From an uncultured Christensenellaceae bacterium (GTDB lineage: Bacteria; Bacillota; Clostridia; Christensenellales; UBA3700): 64,000 nt of DNA. The position numbers and the translations under genes are program-made. Positions 46,793 to 54,984 of the stretch are shown here, in pieces; within the stretch, counting starts at the first letter, position 1; the number at the start of each line of letters is the position of its first letter. Location of the stretch: assembly GCA_910588015.1 (NCBI GenBank), contig CAJUOK010000005.1, forward strand, positions 45,610-109,609, written 5' to 3'. The notes under the pieces were generated by a model. The model was not told the DNA's origin. It ran no database searches and saw only the letters and a list, made by a program, of their open reading frames with translations.

Positions 46793-47947
46793 ATGCGCGA
46801 TTCGATTAAAATTTCAAAAAAATGCTTCCTATTTATCCTTGTTAGCATTTTTATTTTGACTCTTGGCTCTGGTTTTATCCTATTCAACTCCGGTGTAGCT
46901 TTTGCGGACTCGGACACTTCTTTTAATTCTTCATCTTCTGCTATGAGTGCAAAAGACGCATACATTGAAGAAGAAAACATTGAACTTTTTAACGAAGTAA
47001 TGGACATAATAGACAGTGAAATGAAAGCAAACGACACCACCGTCATTGAACAACTTCAAAAACAATTGGAAAATTATGAATCAATACTAGCTTCGGGACT
47101 GTATAATAATAGAGAAAGCATTGAAATTATGATTAAAACAAATAAAGAAATGATAAGTAGTTATATGGAGTATAACGTTGCAAAGACTTTGAGAAAAGCT
47201 TATCATCCTCTATACTCTCCCGTCCTTGCAGCGGCAAAAACGTATTTTGAAATCCGCGACTACTATCTTGCAACGGAATTGCTCACTTACGCTTGGGATA
47301 ATGAAACGCCAAATAAACTTTATAAAGTAGAACATACCAATATAATCGCTAGCGGTACAAAATTTAAAGAAATCTCCAAAGGCACGTCAACAAAAGGGTC
47401 TGCTACCTTTGACCGCAACGGCAATAGAACCGACGACGATTTATTCTTTGCTATAAGGGTATTTGATTACGAAAAGAAAACTCCAAATACACGTGCTGTA
47501 TTAATTCACGACACATACGACTTTGATTATATTGAAAATGCTACAAGCGAAATAGACAAAATATTAAATATTTGTCACGAAGCGCAAAATGCAGGCGTTG
47601 TGGTACCATTTTTGATTCATCAGACTATAAATCCCACCGATTTTGTAATTTTACAACCCAATTACATTTATCAAGAGAATTTTGACATACCTACTATTTC
47701 TACAAGAAACTACATTGTAGTAGTTTCCTCAAGCAATAAACTTAAAATATCGACCAGCAGAGAATACGGTATAATGATTTCTATACATCATTTTTCTTGG
47801 GAGGACCCGAAATATATCAGCGCCACCGCGGATAACGAAACTATAGAAATACCTTATGCTGAAGGTTTGCCGACAACTCTAAGTATTTCTATAAGAAATC
47901 TTAATATATTCAAAACAAATAACATAACAATCAACATTTCTTGTTAA
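46793..47947 (+). CDS. Secreted protein of unknown function
   Basis: Start at the ATG at 46793 after GGAGG; the track ORF begins at the upstream GTG at 46778. Signal peptide ends ...GVAFA/DSD. No recognisable motif. Confidence 0.7.
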   Translation: MRDSIKISKKCFLFILVSIFILTLGSGFILFNSGVAFADSDTSFNSSSSAMSAKDAYIEEENIELFNEVMDIIDSEMKANDTTVIEQLQKQLENYESILASGLYNNRESIEIMIKTNKEMISSYMEYNVAKTLRKAYHPLYSPVLAAAKTYFEIRDYYLATELLTYAWDNETPNKLYKVEHTNIIASGTKFKEISKGTSTKGSATFDRNGNRTDDDLFFAIRVFDYEKKTPNTRAVLIHDTYDFDYIENATSEIDKILNICHEAQNAGVVVPFLIHQTINPTDFVILQPNYIYQENFDIPTISTRNYIVVVSSSNKLKISTSREYGIMISIHHFSWEDPKYISATADNETIEIPYAEGLPTTLSISIRNLNIFKTNNITINISC

Positions 47948-47956
47948 GGAGGTCTT

Positions 47957-48433
47957 ATGAAAAGAATTTATAAAGTTCATATTATTACGTTAATTTTAAT
48001 AGTTGCGCTTATTTGCTCCGCTGCAATATCTTTTGTTGCTTGCAATAAAGAGCGAGAAGCTTGGGAAATTTATGAAGAAAAATGGAATTTTGAATTCCCC
48101 GACGACGTAAAAACAGAATTTCACGTGGCCGCTATAGGTTGGCCTAGCGACGGTGTGAGATACTCTATATTTACTTTTGAAAATCGCCCTGATAAATTAC
48201 TCGAAGATTTCAAGCCCGATAAAGCTAACCAAAGCCGCGATGCATTTGAAGAATGCCTAGATTTACTATATACTTTTGCGCAGAGTAAAAAAATCGAATA
48301 CGATAAAGACAAAGTTGTTTTACCAAACGAAAACTGTATATGGAAAATCCAAGATAATAGTAGCATCGGTCACATTTATATGGCTTATGACGAAGACGAC
48401 TATAAACTTTATATAACAGAACTTATAATATAA
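47957..48433 (+). CDS. Small lipoprotein of unknown function (paralog 1)
   Basis: 158 aa, lipobox SFVAC, RBS AAGGAGG. Confidence 0.75.
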   Translation: MKRIYKVHIITLILIVALICSAAISFVACNKEREAWEIYEEKWNFEFPDDVKTEFHVAAIGWPSDGVRYSIFTFENRPDKLLEDFKPDKANQSRDAFEECLDLLYTFAQSKKIEYDKDKVVLPNENCIWKIQDNSSIGHIYMAYDEDDYKLYITELII

Positions 48434-48466
48434 TTTTACAACAGATTATTTATAAAGGAGACCTTA

Positions 48467-48943
48467 ATGAAAAAGAATTATAAATTTCATATTATTACGT
48501 TAATTTTAGTAATATCTATTATTTGCGCCGCTGTAATATCCTTCGCTGGCTGTAAAAAAAAAGCTGATGAGTGGAAGCAATTTGAAACCACTTGGGATAT
48601 CGACTTTCCCGAAGAAATCACTGAAACAATATATTTTTTTGAAGTTACTAGTTGGTTCAATGAAGGCAGCAGATACGCTATATTCTCTTTTTCTCAATAT
48701 CCCGAGGAATTCCTAAAAGATTTTGAAGTTAATACCAACGGCTCGTATTCTTCCCTCTTTGGCGACCTTTTGGAAATATTAAAAAATGATGCTAAAGTTG
48801 AAAAAGTGCAACTCGACGAAAGCAAAATAATCATTCCCGACCCCAACTGCATTTGGCGATATATGAAAGTTAATAACGATAAACTTTTAATGGCTTATGA
48901 CAAATCGAACGACTGTTTATACGTAATAGAAAATATCAGTTGA
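48467..48943 (+). CDS. Small lipoprotein of unknown function (paralog 2)
   Basis: 158 aa, lipobox SFAGC, RBS AAGGAGA. Shares W..FP, RY.IF.F, NCIW and MAYD....LY blocks with paralog 1. Confidence 0.75.
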   Translation: MKKNYKFHIITLILVISIICAAVISFAGCKKKADEWKQFETTWDIDFPEEITETIYFFEVTSWFNEGSRYAIFSFSQYPEEFLKDFEVNTNGSYSSLFGDLLEILKNDAKVEKVQLDESKIIIPDPNCIWRYMKVNNDKLLMAYDKSNDCLYVIENIS

Positions 48944-48952
48944 TATACTAGT

Positions 48953-48982
48953 AAAAGACGGCTTGAAATTAAGCCGTCTTTT
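48953..48982 (+). terminator. Rho-independent terminator
   Basis: Perfect 12-bp stem AAAAGACGGCTT / AAGCCGTCTTTT. Confidence 0.8.
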
Positions 48983-49030
48983 GTATAACAATAAAATTTT
49001 TGTCAACACTCCTCTTCGGAGGTAACTATA

Positions 49031-49615
49031 ATGAAATTAAAAGACAGTCAAACTTACAAAAACCTAGCGAGAGCTTTTGCCGGCGAATGTCAGGCAAGAA
49101 CAAGATATGAATTTATCGAATACGGCGCAAGAAAAGAGGGATTCAAAGCGCTTGCCGATATTATCGACAAGATTGCTTTTCAAGAATTTACTCATTCCAG
49201 AATGATATACAGCTTTATTCAAAGCGCGGACGACGGCACAATAGACAATATCGAAATTTGCACGGGATATCCTTTTAGACAAAAATGGAATCTTATGGAA
49301 AATCTCAAGCTTTCTGCCGAAGACGAAGGCATTGAGGCGGAAAAGCTTTATCCGGAATTTGCCAAGACGGCAAAAGAAGAAGGCTTTCACGATATTGCGG
49401 CGCTCTTCAACAACCTTGTGAAAATAGAAGAAACGCATAAAAATGAATTTATGAGACTCTATAAACTCTTTAAAGAAGGCAAACTTTATAAAAGCGACAC
49501 ACCGGTGGTTTGGAAATGTCCCGAATGCGGTTACGAATCCACTTCCAAACAAGCATTCGAGATATGCCCCGTATGCCAAGCAAAGCAAGGCGTCGTCAAA
49601 ATCAAAGAAGCTTAA
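49031..49615 (+). CDS. rbr: Rubrerythrin
   Basis: Ferritin-like N-terminus (NLARAFAGECQARTRY, EFTH), plus a C-terminal rubredoxin-like CPECG...CPVC. Confidence 0.9.
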   Translation: MKLKDSQTYKNLARAFAGECQARTRYEFIEYGARKEGFKALADIIDKIAFQEFTHSRMIYSFIQSADDGTIDNIEICTGYPFRQKWNLMENLKLSAEDEGIEAEKLYPEFAKTAKEEGFHDIAALFNNLVKIEETHKNEFMRLYKLFKEGKLYKSDTPVVWKCPECGYESTSKQAFEICPVCQAKQGVVKIKEA

Positions 49616-49634
49616 TCGATTCCCGCAAAATAAA

Positions 49635-49670
49635 ATGCGACCGACAAATATCAAATCGGTCGCATTTTTT
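49635..49670 (+). terminator. Rho-independent terminator
   Basis: 10-bp stem ATGCGACCGA / TCGGTCGCAT followed by TTTTTT. Confidence 0.8.
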
Positions 49671-49790
49671 ATTTAATAATATATATCAATTATTAATGCG
49701 AATAGGCAAACTTCTGCATTGACTTTTACCATATTTTTAGAAATTTTCCATAATGCGAAAAAACTTGTCTAAAAAAATATTGAAAAACAC

Positions 49791-49819
49791 TTTACAACTT
49801 TAGCGTAATAAAGTATAAT
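49791..49819 (+). promoter_or_regulatory. Putative promoter of the ABC transporter operon (TTTACA-17 nt-TATAAT)
   Basis: Hexamers at 49791-49796 and 49814-49819, about 45 nt upstream of the ATG at 49865. Confidence 0.5.
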
Positions 49820-49864
49820 GACATCACTAACCCGAACAAACGGGCTCAAAAAGGAGACTACATT

Positions 49865-50707
49865 ATGAAAAAGAAAATTATCATCGCGCTATTGCTTTGT
49901 ATGGTTACGCTGACAAGCGTTTGCGCATTTGCAGGTTGCACCACCACCGAAGATAGGCTCATCGGCTTCGATATCGAACTTGCCGAACTTGTCGCTAAAG
50001 ACCTCGGCGTGGACGTAAAATTCCAGCTCATCAAATGGGCAAGCAAAGAAACCGAATTAAGCGGTAAAAGCATCGACCTCATTTGGAACGGTTTGACAAT
50101 CAACGACGACAGATTAGAACAATTCAGCATAAGCACCCCTTATATGAACAATAAGCAAATCGCCGTTATCAAAAAATCCAACAGCTCCAAGTATACCGAT
50201 TTGGACAGCATCAAAGACGCTAAATTCGCATACGAAGAAGGCAGCGCGGGACAGGACGTTGCAGAAGCCAACAACTTCAAAAACAAAACCGGTCTCGAGG
50301 CTCAAGTCGACGCACTTATGGAAGTAAAGGCAGGCACGTCGGATATTGCTTTGCTTGACTCCGTACTCGGCAACTTCTACTGCAAGAGCGATTCCGACTT
50401 CTCCGACCTTATGGTTATCCCCAATCTTGAATTCTCCGTTGAACAATACGGTATCGCGGCAAGAAAAGGCGACCTCGGAACGATTGACAAAATCAACACT
50501 TCTCTCGCTAAATTGCAGGCAAACGGCGAAATCAAAAAGCTTGCTGAAAAATACGGTTTGGACAGCGAAATCTGCGACCTTTCTTATGAAAGCAAGTGGG
50601 ATACGTTGAGCGAAGAAGAAAAAGCAGGCTGGAATTATATCCAAGAAAAAGGTAACTTTATCGTAGGATATACTCTTTACGCTCCGATAGCATACGAGAA
50701 AGACTAA
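49865..50707 (+). CDS. Amino-acid ABC transporter substrate-binding lipoprotein (SBP_bac_3-like, apparently circularly permuted)
   Basis: Lipobox FAGC. The mature protein starts at the LIGFDIELAELVAKDLG block, and the usual N-terminal strand-like segment (NFIVGYTLYAPIAYEKD) sits at the C-terminus. Confidence 0.75.
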   Translation: MKKKIIIALLLCMVTLTSVCAFAGCTTTEDRLIGFDIELAELVAKDLGVDVKFQLIKWASKETELSGKSIDLIWNGLTINDDRLEQFSISTPYMNNKQIAVIKKSNSSKYTDLDSIKDAKFAYEEGSAGQDVAEANNFKNKTGLEAQVDALMEVKAGTSDIALLDSVLGNFYCKSDSDFSDLMVIPNLEFSVEQYGIAARKGDLGTIDKINTSLAKLQANGEIKKLAEKYGLDSEICDLSYESKWDTLSEEEKAGWNYIQEKGNFIVGYTLYAPIAYEKD

Positions 50708-51354
50708 TGAGTTTTGCAGACGTAACGCTAAAACTACTCGAAGCGTCGAAGTACACAATAGGAATATTCTTCCTTACTTTGCTGATAGCTATACCGCTGG
50801 GTATAGTTATCAGCGCTTGCGCGCTGTCGAAATTCAAACCGCTTAAATACGTAACCAACGTCTTTATATGGATAATCAGAGGCACTCCGCTGATGTTGCA
50901 GATAATCATAGTTTTCTACGCTCCCGGACTGCTTTTCGATACGCCCATTAAAGACAGATTTATGGCGGCGATAATTGCTTTTTCTATAAACTACGCGGTG
51001 TATTTTGCAGAAATATACAGAGGCGGAATTTTGTCAATGCCTCTGGGACAATACGAAGCGGGCAAAGTGCTGTGTATGAACCGCGCTCAAATTAATACGA
51101 TGATAATTTTTCCGCAAGTAGTAAAGAAAATAACTCCCGCAATGAGCAACGAAATCATAACGCTTGTCAAAGACACCTCCCTCGCCAACGTAATAGGTAT
51201 TGCCGAAATAATAATCACGGCAAAAAGTATCGTGTCGACAAAAGCCATCATTTGGCCGATGTTCTATACGGGCGTGTTCTATCTCGCTATGGTAGGACTT
51301 CTGACAATACTCTTCAAGTGGTTGGAGAAAAAAATGAATTATTACAGAGCGTGA
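50707..51354 (+). CDS. Amino-acid ABC transporter permease (His/Glu/Gln/Arg/opine family)
   Basis: 215 aa, 5 TM. Its ATG overlaps the SBP stop (TAATG). Confidence 0.85.
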   Translation: MSFADVTLKLLEASKYTIGIFFLTLLIAIPLGIVISACALSKFKPLKYVTNVFIWIIRGTPLMLQIIIVFYAPGLLFDTPIKDRFMAAIIAFSINYAVYFAEIYRGGILSMPLGQYEAGKVLCMNRAQINTMIIFPQVVKKITPAMSNEIITLVKDTSLANVIGIAEIIITAKSIVSTKAIIWPMFYTGVFYLAMVGLLTILFKWLEKKMNYYRA

Positions 51355-51361
51355 GGAAAAT

Positions 51362-52381
51362 ATGGCATTTTTTGAAGTAAAAGACGTATATAAAAATTTC
51401 GGTAGCAATCGTGTTTTAAAAGGCATTGACTTCCAACTTGAGGAAGGACAGGTACTTGCTATAATAGGCTCATCGGGCAGCGGAAAAACGACGTTGCTCC
51501 GCTGTATCAATTTTTTGGAGATTCCCGACAAAGCCGATATTTATCTCGGAGGCGAAAACATATTTTCCGTGGATAATCTCGATAAATCCAACGGTGAAAA
51601 ATCAATGGCTGACGTCGAAGAAATTTCAAACGGCGGAACGGATAACGTCGAGTCTAAATCGACCAATTCAACAGAAAGCGGTATAGATATGGCGGCGCTT
51701 CCACAAAACCAAGAAACGGTGACCGTCAGACAGGCAAAGAAAAAGACCTCTGTCAAAATAAGCAAGGAAAAGAAAAGACAGATTGCTCAACAAAAACTCA
51801 AATTCGGAATGGTATTCCAATCGTTCAACCTTTTTCCGCACTACAACGTCAAAAGAAATCTTGTGTTGGCGGCCAGGTTAAAATACGATAAATCGCTTAA
51901 AAGTATCGGCGAAAAATTAAATAAATACGTCGTAGGCAGCGACGTGCGGAAAAACCGCAAAATCGCATTCAAAGAGATAGACGACAGAGCTGAAACTATA
52001 CTCCAACGCGTAGGCTTGGGCGAAAAGGTCAACGCCTACCCTTGCGAACTTTCGGGAGGTCAACAGCAGAGAGTCGCAATTGCGAGAGCTTTGATATTGC
52101 AACCCGAAATTTTGTGTTTTGACGAACCCACGAGCGCGCTCGACCCAGAACTAACGCGAGAAGTGCTCAAAGTCATAAAGGACTTGAAAAAAGATAATCA
52201 CACTATGATTGTCGTAACTCACGAAATGGAATTCGCCAGAAAAGTCGCCGATAAAGTAATATTTATGGCAGACGGCGTAATCGAAGAACAAGGCTCACCC
52301 GAAGAAGTATTCGGCAATCCAAAAAGCCCAAAAACTCAAGCTTTCTTGCAAGAAGGCGAAAAAAGCATAGACGAGGACTGA
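51362..52381 (+). CDS. Amino-acid ABC transporter ATP-binding protein with a large internal insertion
   Basis: Walker A GSSGSGKTT, Q-loop region MVFQSFNLFPH, signature LSGGQQQR, Walker B ILCFDEPTSALD. At 339 aa it is about 100 aa longer than usual GlnQ-type subunits. Confidence 0.85.
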   Translation: MAFFEVKDVYKNFGSNRVLKGIDFQLEEGQVLAIIGSSGSGKTTLLRCINFLEIPDKADIYLGGENIFSVDNLDKSNGEKSMADVEEISNGGTDNVESKSTNSTESGIDMAALPQNQETVTVRQAKKKTSVKISKEKKRQIAQQKLKFGMVFQSFNLFPHYNVKRNLVLAARLKYDKSLKSIGEKLNKYVVGSDVRKNRKIAFKEIDDRAETILQRVGLGEKVNAYPCELSGGQQQRVAIARALILQPEILCFDEPTSALDPELTREVLKVIKDLKKDNHTMIVVTHEMEFARKVADKVIFMADGVIEEQGSPEEVFGNPKSPKTQAFLQEGEKSIDED

Positions 52382-52382
52382 T

Positions 52383-52652
52383 ATGAACGCTGACCATATG
52401 AACGTAATGATAGACAAACTCTATTTATTGATTTCGAAATTAAATACTCCCGAAGATTGCAAAAAGCTCTTCGACGATTTGTGCACCAATAAAGAAATAG
52501 AACAGATGGCTCAACGTATCGAAGCCGCTCTGCTGTTGAAAAAAGGGCTGACCTACGCGCAAGTCATTGAGCAAACCGATATTTCTTCCGCAACTCTATC
52601 GAGAGTTTCGCGAGCGTTGCAATATGGCGAAGGATATAAAAAATTTATATAA
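52383..52652 (+). CDS. YerC/YecD-type TrpR-related small DNA-binding protein
   Basis: 89 aa. The blocks T..E...MAQR......L..G.TY..I......S.ATLSRVSRAL.YG resemble the TrpR/YerC family. Its start is 1 nt after the ATPase stop. Confidence 0.7.
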   Translation: MNADHMNVMIDKLYLLISKLNTPEDCKKLFDDLCTNKEIEQMAQRIEAALLLKKGLTYAQVIEQTDISSATLSRVSRALQYGEGYKKFI

Positions 52653-52668
52653 ACCTGCAAATAAAAAA

Positions 52669-52701
52669 GGGCGCGTATCACAACGATACGCGCCCTTTTT
52701 T
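52669..52701. terminator. Bidirectional rho-independent terminator
   Basis: 11-bp stem GGGCGCGTATC / GATACGCGCCC flanked by AAAAAA and TTTTTT. Confidence 0.85.
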
Positions 52702-52711
52702 ATAAGATAAA

Positions 52712-53677
52712 TTAATCTTTAAATTGATATACTCTTACGTAATCTATCGCAAAATCATAATTTTTTGACTTATCGTTCTTTTCGGGGTCGCCGCACCAAC
52801 CGACGGTATTGCCTTCGGCGTCGGGCGATACGACTTCAAATGAAAGCAACATATACTCTTTTACCTGCGAAATGATATTGTGAGATACGCGCTTGCCATT
52901 TTTTGTATATCCGTCCGTTCCGACTTCCCAAGTCAATCTGCTATCTACGTAAAACTTATAATAGTCCGCAGTCCATTCAAAACCGTAAGTATGATATTCC
53001 GTATAAAGGTCGGATACTTTGATATTGACCTTGCTTGCCGACTTCAGATAATCTCTGTATCCGTCGTAATGCACGGCGTGATTGATTACGCTGCCTCTGC
53101 GTCCGAGATACGCAAAAGGCGTTTCGAAAATGTCAATCTCCGTTCCGTCAACGCCGGTATGCAAATGTTTATCCGACAGCTGATTGGCGTGTTCTTCGGC
53201 AAAGCCGTCGTACGGCATAAGCCAAAACGCGCACCAACCGCCGTAAAACAACGGAGTCTTGCACCTCGCCTCGAAATATCCGTATTGCTGTTCGAATAGA
53301 TTTTCTCCTACTACGTCTGTGCGAGTCATAACGGCTCCGCTATACCAACCCGCGCCGTTTTCTCCGTTCTCTCTCCAATCTGTCCGCAATATTAAGTTGC
53401 CGTCCTGTACTATAGCTCCGTCTTGCGACCAAAATCCGCCCTTTCTCTTCGACGAAACTTTGCCTTCTTCGACTTCGAAACCAAAATTCCATTTGGTCCT
53501 ATCCAAAGTATCTCCGTCGAAATTATCTTCAAAAGTCAGCTCGAATCGAGACATATCTATGTCGACTTTCTTGCCGCTATCGCCGCAACCTGCGCAAAAT
53601 ACCGTTCCTACGGCAAACATCAGAATTATAAATATCGCCAATAATCTTTTTATATTACCACCAAGCATATTCGTCAT
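52712..53677 (-). CDS. GH16 glycoside hydrolase lipoprotein
   Basis: Catalytic motif EIDIFE. Lipobox VFCAGC. The start is uncertain (53677 MTNML or 53668 MLGGN; the track ORF extends to 53734). It overlaps the end of the upstream gene. Confidence 0.75.
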   Translation of the reverse strand: MTNMLGGNIKRLLAIFIILMFAVGTVFCAGCGDSGKKVDIDMSRFELTFEDNFDGDTLDRTKWNFGFEVEEGKVSSKRKGGFWSQDGAIVQDGNLILRTDWRENGENGAGWYSGAVMTRTDVVGENLFEQQYGYFEARCKTPLFYGGWCAFWLMPYDGFAEEHANQLSDKHLHTGVDGTEIDIFETPFAYLGRRGSVINHAVHYDGYRDYLKSASKVNIKVSDLYTEYHTYGFEWTADYYKFYVDSRLTWEVGTDGYTKNGKRVSHNIISQVKEYMLLSFEVVSPDAEGNTVGWCGDPEKNDKSKNYDFAIDYVRVYQFKD

Positions 53678-54794
53678 AGATAAACGACGGTTCGATAACG
53701 CTGACTTTGTATCTAGACTCAATGCTGTCTGCATAAACGTTGATGTCTATTACGGTTGCTCCTAAAGGCGCGCGGCGTTGCCAAGCGTTGACGCCCGACA
53801 CTCTGCCGTACGAAAAATAAACGCCCTCGAAATCAGCCGATTTATCTTCGCCGTATTTGATTAGCCAGTTGAAATCGTGGTCGTGTCCTACCGTTATGAA
53901 ATCCGTGCTTTTCAAATCTTTAATCATTTGATAAAATCCTACGTTGGCGTCGGGAGCATAACACATTCCCTCTATATTAACTGCGGGGAAATTTCCTACG
54001 TGCGTACCGTTAAGCCACGCGTCGGTATACTCAAAAAGCGGAACGTGCATAAAAAGCGCTGACCTAACGGGAGCTTGCGCTCTTGTCTGAAGAGCGACTA
54101 TCTGGTTTTCGTACCACTGCATCTGATTTTCCGTAATACCGCGATATGTCGAAAGTTTTTCGCCGTTTTCGTCAAAGTTCCTTGCCTGCGAATCCATATT
54201 GACAAGCCCGTAAACAACTTTGCCGTCGCCGTCCACAACGTCTATAACGTAATTGCCTACGCCGTCGGTATCGCCTTTTTGCATAAGCGAGTATTTATAT
54301 CCTTTGAGAAGCTCGTAAAGTTCTTCCTTGCCTTGATTTTGATTGCTCTCTTTGACTTCTTTCGACGTTCCTTGCGCCCACTCTCCGTCGTGATTGCCGA
54401 ACGTATACATCCAATAAACCTCGGCTTCTTCAAAAACCTCCGCAAGCTCTATAAGCGCTTGGTCTCTCATTCTGAAAGGCAACAGGCTTCCTACAGCGTC
54501 GCCCGTTACGGCTACGACGTCAGCTCTTGCGTATTTAACGGCTTGCTTTACCCATTTTATTGTCTGTCTGTCCTGTTTTATCCAAGGTATAGCCGTCAAA
54601 TGCAAATCCGTGAGTTGCAAAACTCTCAATACTCCGTTGTCGGGCAACTCGATTGACGTAGCCTTTTCTACGTCGCCTTTCTTATATGAAAACGCCGCGA
54701 ATGAAATCAACACGCTGCAAAACACTATCAGCACAACGCATACGGGCACCAATACTCCTATCAATATTTTTTGTTTTTTCGATAAATTTGCCAT
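53655..54794 (-). CDS. Membrane-anchored calcineurin-like metallophosphoesterase
   Basis: Start at MANLSKK (54794) after GGAGAA. One TM. MPE blocks LTDLHL, TGDAVG, GNHD and VGHDHD. Confidence 0.8.
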   Translation of the reverse strand: MANLSKKQKILIGVLVPVCVVLIVFCSVLISFAAFSYKKGDVEKATSIELPDNGVLRVLQLTDLHLTAIPWIKQDRQTIKWVKQAVKYARADVVAVTGDAVGSLLPFRMRDQALIELAEVFEEAEVYWMYTFGNHDGEWAQGTSKEVKESNQNQGKEELYELLKGYKYSLMQKGDTDGVGNYVIDVVDGDGKVVYGLVNMDSQARNFDENGEKLSTYRGITENQMQWYENQIVALQTRAQAPVRSALFMHVPLFEYTDAWLNGTHVGNFPAVNIEGMCYAPDANVGFYQMIKDLKSTDFITVGHDHDFNWLIKYGEDKSADFEGVYFSYGRVSGVNAWQRRAPLGATVIDINVYADSIESRYKVSVIEPSFIYDEYAWW

Positions 54795-54984
54795 AACTTT
54801 CTCCTCTATCAAATTTTGTAAATTAATAAGATTATAGCACATTACTTTCGACAATTCAACTCCCAAAAAACAAACTGAAAATTTGCTCGTTGACTTATTG
54901 CGCGAAAAATGTTATTATTATAAAAGAATTTAATACGCGCTAAACGTTAAGATAATTCAACTTAAAAGATTAAGGAGACGGATT

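Noticed and set aside
49011-49022. CCUC-UUCG-GAGG mini-hairpin that would sequester the rubrerythrin Shine-Dalgarno sequence.
   Set aside because: The stem is only 4 bp, and such a match is expected by chance next to any GGAGG. No supporting conservation can be assessed.
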